Positions 26,001-36,658 of a DNA stretch of 64,000 nucleotides are shown here, one piece after another. Positions within the stretch are counted from its first letter, which is position 1, and the number at the start of each line of letters is the position of its first letter. The stretch comes from Dimorphilus gyrociliatus (taxonomy: Eukaryota > Animalia > Annelida): contig CAJFCJ010000011.1 in NCBI GenBank assembly GCA_904063045.1, positions 992,001 to 1,056,000 of the forward strand, given 5' to 3'. The notes beneath the pieces were generated by a model. It was not told the DNA's origin. It saw nothing but the letters and a program-made list of their open reading frames with translations, and did not search any database. The translations under genes were made by a program, and so were the position numbers.

Positions 26001-29000
26001 TCTTTAGAGTAATTTTGTAAAATTCATGTAATTTAGCTTGTATAAAGCTTGGTTTTTCATAGCAAATACAGTTTATTTTGCTGGAATCACAAGGTTCACA
26101 GCTCCAGACGGGTCATTTAAGTGTCCTACTTAGAGTACTCAATTGCCAATATTAGTCTAGAACATGCACGTTCCAATCGTACTATTTGTTAGCGGTCTAA
26201 AACCTTGGCTTATACAGATATCTTTTTATTATTTATTTATCATGCTTTATCGATGTATTACAAAAAATTAATGTCTGGTGAATGTCTTACTCTCTGACCT
26301 ACTTTCCTATTCAAATATTTTTATTCTAACTTTTCATATAAAAAATTTAGAATATTTTTATTTTCATTACAGGAATCGGCCTATGCTATATGGTTTTAAA
26401 TGGTTTCGTGTGCATATACTATAACGTTATCATCGCCCTATCAATACACTACCTCTTTCGTTCATTTACAAGTGATCTACCATGGGGCAGTTGCGGAAAC
26501 GCATGGAATACTCCAAATTGCGGAGATCCAATCGCAAATATTACATATAATAACCAAATGAACAGCACGAACTTCACGACTAGTAGCCCAACAGAATTTG
26601 TTACCTCTACATATTCTCCAAATATGAATAAAACTGACAGAGTTAGCCCATCCAAGGAATATTGGGAAAGAAAATTGTTGGCTGTTACCAGCAGTCATTC
26701 CATTAGCAATTTAGGGAGTATAAGATGGGAATTATGTCTATGTTTACTAGCTGCTTGGGTAATCGTAGTCATATTTGTCAGCAGGGGTATCAAATCAACT
26801 GGAAAAGTTGCTTATTTTACTGCAACTTTCCCTTACCTCATGTTAACTGTTCTGGTTGTCAGGGGAGTCACCCTTAGAGGAGCTTCAGATGGAATCACTT
26901 TCTTTGTAATGCCACAATGGGAGAAGTTGCTATCTCCAGATATTTGGTTTAATGCTGCTACACAGCTATTTTACAGGTTTGTTAAAAAAATTCTCTTTTC
27001 ACCAGATCTAAAGTGCAGTTTTTTGTAACCTATCACTTCCTTTTTTAAGCTTAAGGAAAATATTTATTAATTTTTTTTATATATTGCATTCCATTGTCTT
27101 AGAATATAAACGTGCTAACCATATGATAGTTTTGTTCATATTGTTTTTTACTTATTTTAGGGAACTCAATACTCTAATCCATCTTGCATTTAGCACTTAA
27201 AAAAATACTCTCTAATATCCTGGAATATTTCTTCAATTAGGGAAAAGAATTATTAATCGCCATATAATTTTTAAAATTGTTCTTAAATGTAGATAAAATC
27301 CCAATATTTTCAAAAATTAAAGAAAACTACACATCGGAAGATAATCAATTATATTCAATCAAATTTTTTCTTCAGTACAAATATTGGATGGGGAGGAATG
27401 ATAACGATGGCTTCCTACAACGAGCGAAGTCATAACTGCTTTCGTGACGCAATTGTTATAAACTTTGTTTCTTTTTGTACTTCGCTGTACGCTGGATTTG
27501 CTGTTTTCTCTATCATTGGTTTTATGGCTACAGAAAGTGGACTTGACGTCGGAGTAAGATCAGGATTATCAGAATTTTCCACATATAATTTATTGAAATT
27601 AATATTTTTAGGATGTTATTCAGAGCGGACCTGAACTTGCATTCATTGTATACCCAAGAGCCCTTGCTCTTATGCCTTTGGCACCTATGTGGAGTGCGCT
27701 TTTCTTTTTTATGCTTTTCTTATTGGGAATTGGAAGTCAGGTTTGTACATTTTAAATTTAGTAGCGGTAAACAGTAATAACAAATTATCTAAAAAGCATA
27801 GATTTACTCAAAGAATTTTGAGCGCCGTCTAATTTTTTACTCAAAATACATAGGTATCAATTTATGACAAAGTTATTGCTGAGAAATTAATTTAATCATA
27901 TTAGATTTCGTATAGTTTAAAAGAGTTTTTTTTTTTTACAATAGCTATAATTTATATTATTTTTACATTGGCTATAGTATTTCAATAAGGTTATTTAGTA
28001 AAGTTAGTCTTACAAACTGTTAATTAAGGAGTTGTAAGCCAATTTTTATACCATAAACAAATTATTTATGAAAATTCGTTATTCTCAATGAATTAGCTTA
28101 ATGTCGTTCTCTTGTATAGAATAGATAGGTAGTAATGGTTCAATATGTACGCATCATACAAATTTTTACATGCAACCTTTATATCAATTGATAAGTGTGC
28201 AACACAGCAAACTATACAGGGGGAAAGTTGAGTTTCTTTTCTAAAACTTTGTATCGATTGAATGATAATCTCTGACGGAACTGTCAAAGTGAGCTAATTG
28301 ACTCAAGATCAAAATGAATATGTCATATACAAGATATATTGACATAAACTTTGCGGAAACTTTTGAAATTCTACTGAAAAACTACACAGTTAGAGGTTAA
28401 GAGAACAATCCACAAAAGCTTAGCAGATTTGTGAGACTATTAAAAGCGCTTAGTATTCATCGTGGCCAGTATTCCTTTCGTCATTGAGAATAAAGAATTT
28501 CCATGTATTTTAAGGTTGTGACAATATATTTGAGCAAATTCCAGGTCAGCCTTAATTTACAGTTAAAAAACTTAGCCTGACTTATTATATTAAGCATTTA
28601 ACTTAAAAATATATAATTGCACTAAACTTGGAGGTTAGTACACATTATACTTGTAGAGTATATTGACACTTCTATTGCACGCTCCTGCCTCTATGCTATT
28701 CTTTAAATTAATCTATTTTTCGTTCTACATCAAACTTTTCTTGCTGAATGTCCATAGTATAAATTAAGTTTGGGTTATAATATATCTGGCGTTGAAAGAA
28801 TTTTATTTAACCATATTAATATTGCTATATAATTTTTTAGACGCTTACATGGAATTATCTTTAAAAAATTTTAATATTTCTTATAGAATAGTTAATGCTA
28901 CAGCTTATTATAAAAGGTTTCTTTTATCTTACATCATTTTTTAATTTTATATCAAAAAGTTTTTATTTTTGCAATTATCAATTTAACTATTTAGTACTTT

Positions 29001-32000
29001 ATTACTTACTATAGATGAATACTAAAACCTTAAAAAATTATAGATATAATAAGCATGCATACTAAAATACTGTAAATTAAATTGTATTTATTTTATTATA
29101 TTAGCAATGTAGCTTCAAGCTCTGATTCTATTCTATTTATTACTCTATCTATCTGTCAATAACTAGTGGAGCAAGGGGAATTTTTGCACTATATTAATTA
29201 TATTTAATCACACAGAATCGTTTTGAAATAAAAATTCAAAACAGTTTAGAATAACAATATACCAAAATTTTTATATTTCATCAACAAGGCTTTTTATAAT
29301 TATAAAACTATCTGCTACTTTCGCCAAACCCCGATACAGATGGTGCTCATTGAAACTGTTGTTACTGGATTCGTCGATGAATTTCCTGCTCTTGGCAAAA
29401 CACCTTTAGCCCGCCTCGGAACGACAATAGGTTTTTGCATAGTTTTCTGCTTAGTTGCAATACCACAAACAACCCAGGTATTAGTCAATAGGAACAAGAA
29501 TCAGTAATTTTCTAATAACTGATAAAGGAAGCATTTTTCTCTTAAGAATGAGAGGATGAGCGTGACTGAACATTCATCTGTGTAAAGTTTCTATCTTTTG
29601 CTACTGTTTTTCGGCTACTTATTCATTAAGTTATTTTTGTTATCCACCATAGTTATTTCCTAAAAAGTCATCCCCTATACTCATCTAAAAATTCCCTATC
29701 AAGGCAGGAGTGTTGTAAAAGTATTTTCATAGTAGGAAATATATATTTTGCTTATTTACTTTTAAAGAAATTCTAAGCTAATAGGTTTAATTAGGTAATC
29801 CTTTCAGTAAGCGAGCAATAACGTATCAACTCGATATATAATTCGTTATTGAAGCTATTACCTAACACTGCTCCTCTCCTTAATCTTAGAAAATAATAGT
29901 ATCATTTTGCTTAGTGTTTAACTAAAAATGCATTTCGTATTAGCATGCTAAGAATATTGTGTTAGGCGTTGTTGTCACAATTCTTCAGATGGTTCAAGTA
30001 GAAACAGTGATGACCGGATTACGGGACGAATTTCCTCAATTTAACAGAACAAAAGTTCGCTATCTAGGAAATATCATCGTACTATGCACCGTGGGTTTCC
30101 TGATGGGTTTATCTTGTACAACTCAGGTTTCACTTTAACATTGACAATATATTTTCATTTTTCGAAATAGTCACACCTGTTTTCCTAAAGACAAATAGAG
30201 AGCTATTTCTTTCCCCCTAGTGCATGCTTATCCCTAGATTTTACTCTACACTCCCGTGTAAATTATTATTCTGGGCGGCGCTCTGAAAATGAAAGGATAA
30301 TTGCAGTGTTATATGAATTTTTCCACCTCAAATGAAAAATACTTCTTAATCTAGCTACTATGCTTATTTTTCTGATTGGAAAAGTTTCCTTATTCCCAAA
30401 CCAAATTTATGAAACAGAAAACTTCCGATAAAGAGCTCTTTAAAAGGAAGAAAATTACAAAAGTTACTTTTTATAAATAATCACTGCTGCAAAATAATTC
30501 TTATTAATAATTGATAACGAAAAATTCAAGAAGCGACTATAAACACATTTAGGCTTAAATTAAGTATTCAGTATAATTTTCAAAATCACATATTGAAAAG
30601 TATGCTTAATTGTCGAACATTTTATTATGTAGTCCTTTTTCATATAACGCAGATGGTAGGGTTGGAAACTGTTATGACTGGTATCACTGACGAATTTAAA
30701 ATAAAAATCTGGTGGAAACGGCTTTTGGCTACAGTTGTGGTTGCAGTCTGTATGTTTTTATGTGGTTTACCTCAAGTTACACAGGTTTGATAATATAAAT
30801 CTGTATAGTTCCCATAATTAATGATTATTTAGCTGCATTGATAATAATAGCTGATCAATCAATAATTAGCTTAAATTATATACCATAATATGCAATGGCT
30901 AGCTATACGTATAAGACATAATTTAGGAATATTTACTTAGAACGTATACAGATATATGAAAAAGCTTCTTTCATATATTGCTATACTTAATTATTCCTAA
31001 GATAATTGTACGTTGTTCCAAATTTTCTGCATTTATAACTATCAAATTCTATAAGGTTGATAGATTTTTAACAGAAAATAGCGTCCCAGTTTTAATGTTT
31101 AACCTTTTGATTTTGGTTTCCTGATTTATTCAACAAAACAATTAACAATCACTTTTATAAAAGCGTTGTATATTTGAAATGAATTTAAATCTGCAGGGGC
31201 AGTATACATAGTTATTACATCTATACAACGTGATATGCATCTTTACCTTTTCTATTTCTTATATATAAATTTATATATACATATATCTACTTGTATATAT
31301 GAATATATTATACATGTAATTTTTAAACCAAAGTCTCTCAACCATAGCCTCTTTGTTTGTTGTTAAGTAAATCGCTTCTTAATTTTCTCTATCGAGAAAT
31401 GCAGTGCTACATAAGTTTGCTTCCTTTCATACCGCTCGTCGACTATCTATTGTAATCAAGTTAATCAAGTGAATGATTGTGTAACTGCATGGCGAAAATG
31501 GCTGAACATAGATATGCTTTCCTTTAAACATTGTTTCATAAAAATTCTATCAATTCTTTTACTCTTGCATTAAATAGCAAAGACTGCATACTAATTATAT
31601 TCTTGAATGAGCTTCGGTTATGGGTTAATAAGATTATATACAATATATTTATTCATTTAAAGTATTTTGCTATTTGATTCACGAGCATAATTTTAGATGG
31701 AAAGTGTAAATTTGATATGAACGAACGCTTTTTTTCTATTTAGGGTGGGATGTTTGTGCTGTCACTGATTGACCATTACGCCGCCAGCTTTTCAGTATTG
31801 CTCATAGCTTTTCTTGAATTCATCATTATATACTGGATATATGGTGGAGCGCAATTTTCTGGAGATGTGAAGATTATGTTAGGTTCTCCTCCAGGTGTTT
31901 GGTGGAGGATATGTTGGGCTATTTTGTCACCTTTGGCTATTGTTTTCATTATTATCTTCAGTTTTATTAACTACAAAGGAGCAAAGTATGGTAGTTACAC

Positions 32001-32229
32001 TTATCCTACTTGGGCGGACTTTATTGGATGGTGTATTGCTTTGGCATCTTTCATACCTATTATCCCTATTGCTATTGTTAAACTCCTAAAGAGTTCTGGG
32101 TCCAACATATTTGAGAAATTGAAGTTCATCACTCGACCTCCCTGTGAAAGAGAAGTAGAGAGACGGCAAGATGTTGAGATGAGACAGGGACCTCTTTTAG
32201 AAGAAGCTCCCGGCGCGCTCGACGCCTAA
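23084..32229 (+). CDS. SLC6 Na+/Cl- coupled amino-acid transporter (glycine/proline transporter-like)
   Basis: Exons 23084-23315 ([18 protein letters not shown]), 23547-23681, 26373-26976, 27376-27553, 27612-27740 (LGIGSQ), one of 29340-29477/29989-30126/30653-30784, then 31744-32229. Gly at the SERT D98-equivalent position indicates an amino-acid rather than monoamine substrate. Confidence 0.95.
29340..29477 (+). CDS. SLC6 alternative exon A (TM8b-TM9)
   Basis: cag|ATG..CAG|gtatta, 138 nt: [46 protein letters not shown]. Confidence 0.85.
29989..30126 (+). CDS. SLC6 alternative exon B (TM8b-TM9)
   Basis: cag|ATG..CAG|gtttca, 138 nt: [46 protein letters not shown]. Confidence 0.85.
30653..30784 (+). 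CDS. SLC6 alternative exon C (TM8b-TM9)
   Basis: cag|ATG..CAG|gtttga, 132 nt: [44 protein letters not shown]. Confidence 0.85.
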
Positions 32230-34782
32230 ATTGTTATTCAATCATTATATCAAGGACTGAACATTATAACATCATTAAATGTTTAAATAATCTCATTTGT
32301 ATAATATTTAGGAATTATTAGGAAATATTTAAAAACTACTATTGCTAGTGTCATTTCAACTAGTAGCTTCATTTGAAAACTGGGTATTTGATATATTTTC
32401 AACACAGATATTGAGTATTTTCATGAGCAACTAGAGAGAAGAAAAAAGAGCAAACACAAGTTAATTATTGTTATGTATTTGTGTTGTTTAAAAAAAAAGT
32501 TTCTTTAAAGCTTAATTCATCATGTGCCAGAAAAATGATTTTTCAGAAAAAATGTTTCTAAAAATTATACAAAGAGAAAGATCATCAACTATTAAGCAAC
32601 AACGTAAAAACAATTCATTTACTAAAACAAATATATTAGTTTTTTTTAGCAAATTTTCGTCCATTGTTTTTATAGAGTAATCATAGTCTTAATTGTTAGA
32701 CATTATATGTAAAAAATATATTGCGTTATTTTTTCTTTTCAGCCCTTTTTTTCTGAATTTTCAATTATGCACTGTTATCAATATAAATAATAAAACATCG
32801 AAAACACGATCATTTTAAATTTTGATCTTGTTCATTTTAATTAATAATTATATATAGTCAAAAAAATGCTCTCTACTCCTTCTACACAGGACACGTAAGA
32901 AATGGAGTTTTCTTGCCTATAGATAATCTCTGAACGTTAAAGATAATCTAGAGGATATTAGCATCTACGCTTACAGATAGCCACAACAAATTACATATCT
33001 AAAAATACCCTCTCTCGTATGCAAATTATTCGACATGTGATCCCACAATTCTTCCGCCTGTTGAGTTGGACTCTTCCAATCAAGGAAAATACTTAAAAAC
33101 TTCCACAACTATTCCATAACCACTTGAATCAAAAGTAGAATGTTTAAATAGGTTTTCTACAACTTCATGATAATTACAAACCAGATACCTTTTTCTGAAT
33201 AGCTACCAATGAGAATACGCCAATGGAACAAGATTATGGAATACAGATTATATGAACAGATAATTTGCAGATTAATTTACTCTCCAGTTGATCCTAATTC
33301 ATAAATTATTGCAACAAGTTCTGAAAAAAAGCACATTAAATCGATGTAGGCCAAAATTTTTAAGAAAATTCACTACTTTTAGAGCGAAAAGGATAAGAGA
33401 ATATGATTAATAGATTAGATGGAACTCTACTAGTTTTGATAAAATTTTAAGAAGCTGTAGAACGTGAAAACTTTCTGAATTGTTATTTTGAAGGTAAAGA
33501 ATACACGTCATATTCGTATATATTAAAATAAAAAACTGGAATATTTTACTGCTGTCTAGATATCATTGTTAAACAGATGCGAAACTGTCATAAAGCATTA
33601 ATGATAGATGGAGTAAGCTTATATATTCCTGTTGTTTCAGAATACTAAGATTATTGTTTATTGTGATGAATTGTTTCTGCGTCAAATTTTTCATACTGTA
33701 CATGGTTAAAAAGATACTCTTCAACAGAACTTTCAATTGAGTTCATTTAGTTCAGCGGACCAATTCAGTTTAGAATCAGTAGATGATTATATTTTATGCG
33801 TAGCCCTTGTATCCTTTATTATATTTCATTAATATGTTTAAATATAATATAGCAGAAAAAATTACTTTGGCTCAAGATATGTCAATTTTCTATTTCTGGT
33901 CATGATTTGTTACTGGCAGTTCTATTGAGAACTGAGTATATCCGTTTAAAATCTTATTTATGTTTATTTATGCAATTTCTATGAATAGTATCCACTACAC
34001 ATTTTTGTCCATTTTTAAGCAAGCTTTCTATAAATATTCAAACAATCAAAACTCTATAATTTGATCTGAAAGAAGACATTGAAGAATCGCCTTTTTTATT
34101 GGAAAGTAAATTTTATTACTAAGAAAAACCTCTAAATTTTTCATTGTTTGTGAAAACAAAATATTAAATACTTTGAATATACATAATAGTATATTATCAC
34201 TTTTAAAAATAGTCTATGCTATTCATATTTCACAAGATCTATTTAATGGAAAGATGATTATCAAAGATGATATTTTAATTTCATTGTAAAGTCTACTATT
34301 TACAAATACTAAATCAATGAATTAAAATTTCTTTTATAAAATGGAAACTTGAAGCTTTTTCAGATATTGAGAGAAATTAAGATAAAATATACTTGTTTAT
34401 GAATTTGATTTAGTGATCAGCTCACTAGATTTGGATAAAATGACATTCAATGGCCTTTTGGTCAGGAAATGAAATATCGGCGTAATATTATATTGTTTTC
34501 TATGCAAATTTTAAATTAGTTGGGTATATTTAGCATAGAAAAGTGTCATTGCACTGTTTTTAGGTTAAATTAGCATATATAGATAGGAATCGCTTTTGAT
34601 TTTAATGTTTAAGTTAATAACTTTTGATGATCAAATGGAAAAGAAGGTTATTATCTGTTCTTACAATTTTCTTTTTATAGAATTGCTGCCAATGTCTTTC
34701 CGTTCATTGACATAGTTGTTTTGTAGCTTCTATTTAACAGTTGTTTATATCTCCAACTCTATTTTATTTTAAAGTCTCTTTC

Positions 34783-34798
34783 ACCGCCATCTAACGGC
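34783..34798 (-). promoter_or_regulatory. CTCF-like motif (GCCGTTAGATGGCGGT)
   Basis: Core match between the SLC6 3' end and the reticulocalbin gene. Confidence 0.5.
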
Positions 34799-35401
34799 TT
34801 AAGAAGATAGAAACTAAAACTGTTGATGAATGTATATAAAAGTTTTTACTTTCGATGTACAAAAACTATTAAAATCAATAAATTTTATTGAATTTTCAAA
34901 CTTTAAACCCTAAAATACAATCTTCAATTGATTTTTCTCTCTCTTAGTCATAGAAATATTTAAAGATAGCTACTCTTCCAAAATATTTCGAAGAGCAATC
35001 TTTTATATTACTAATTTAATCTATTAATTTTATAAGAGATCTTCTATTCAAGAAATGCATATCACTACTGCAAAGAAACAAAAAACCAATAATTCACCTT
35101 TAACATTTTAACAATTTAAAGAAAATATAAGACTTGAATGTAATAGATTTACTTTATCTTTTTTAGTCTTTGTTTGTTTTTAAAGAATTTACTTTCGATC
35201 TTTTTTAAAAATATTCATATTCTTTAAATAGGCTAGGTAACCAGTTTTTTTTAGTTGGAAAGGATTATCCATACATCTTGTGCCAAGTATCAAATGTATT
35301 GATCAAGCATCTATAAATTTCACGTGTACTTTAACACATAGGCATTTTACTCTTGATACTTGCTTTCATTCTGTTAAGTTTGAACGTTGAGAAATTGAAT
35401 A

Positions 35402-36658
35402 ATGAAAATTCAGCTTAAGTACTTAATATTTGTAGCTTTGTTAGTTTTTTGTTCATGCGAAGATGAAAAAAAACCAAAGAAGCATGACGATCATCCTCCA
35501 ATAAAGGAAGCTCACTATGATCATGGTGAACACAATGAAGATTATGACCACCAAGCTGTCTTAGGTAATTTAATTTTTTCTAATAATGAATTATTTGAAG
35601 GTTGTTACATTCAAATACACTTCTTGTAGGTTCTGAACAAGACGCCGAAGAATTTTCTAAATTGGACGCTGCTGAAGCTAAAGATAGATTAGAGAGTCTT
35701 GCCAAGGAAAAAATTGATTTGAATAAAGATCACATCATTGATGAAAATGAATTGGCAAATCATATCCTAAAATCATTCGTTAAGTTGGATGACGCCGAGG
35801 TAGTAATCTCTTTGTAAGCTATTAAAAACGTTTTCTTATAATGTGTCGATTGCAATAGGCTCAGGTTAGATTTGGAGAAACTGATGCCGATTCTGATGAT
35901 ATTCTCACTTGGAAAGAATATATGCAAGAAACCTACGGGATGAGTGAAGAAGAACTTCAGGAACAAGCTAAAACAGACAAAGACAAGAAAAATATGTTAA
36001 ATGTGAGTAATTTCTATATTAAATACTTCAAGTATATTTATTTAATGCAACATAATTATTATTTCCTTTAGGATATTCTTATCGAAAAGTCAAGATTCTT
36101 TTTGGCTGACAGAAACAAGGATCAAACTTTGGACAGAAAAGAATTTAACGCTTTTTACCATCCATTTAATTACGAATATATGCACGAAAATGAAGTGAGA
36201 CTTTTTAGTTAATAAGCCATAATTCATTCATTCTTATTAATCATAATTTTCCATTTCTAGATTAACAATACTTTCAAATTTCATGACAAAAATAGTGATG
36301 GTTTCATTACATTCAACGAATACTCTGATGAGAATGCTGATAAAGAGACAGCCGATTACGATAAAGAACACTTTAAACAATACGACAAAGACAGCAATGG
36401 AAAATTGGACAAAAAGGTAAGATATCAGATGTTAGAGCACGTTTTGGGAAGGAGTAGTTAATTTATATTTTTCATCAGGAAGTAGAAAAGTGGGTTATTC
36501 CCGATCACGGACAATTGGCTATTGATGAAGCTAAGCATCTCATCAGTGAAACAGACGCTGATAAAGATGGTAAACTCACTATAGATGAAATTAGAGATCA
36601 ACATTCACTCTGGGTTGGAAGTCAACATATTTCTTTACACGATCCAGAAGAGTTGTAA
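35402..36658 (+). CDS. CREC-family EF-hand ER protein (reticulocalbin-2/calumenin-like)
   Basis: Exons 35402-35564, 35630-35799, 35859-36002, 36072-36194, 36261-36416, 36479-36658. Signal peptide, EHNEDYDHQAVLG motif, six EF-hands (e.g. DKNSDGFITFNEY), C-terminal HDPEEL retrieval-like signal. Confidence 0.92.

Noticed and set aside
28420-28520. Possible fourth SLC6 exon copy (cag|ICETIKSA*)
   Set aside because: Only a 3-residue resemblance (ETI), an early stop and no DEF or TQ|gt motif.
29315-29497. Minus-strand 60-aa ORF
   Set aside because: Antisense shadow of SLC6 alternative exon A.
29340-30655. ATG at the start of each SLC6 alternative exon as independent start codons
   Set aside because: Each ATG directly follows a cag acceptor and encodes the conserved Met/Phe after TM8 SQ; internal exons are the simpler explanation.
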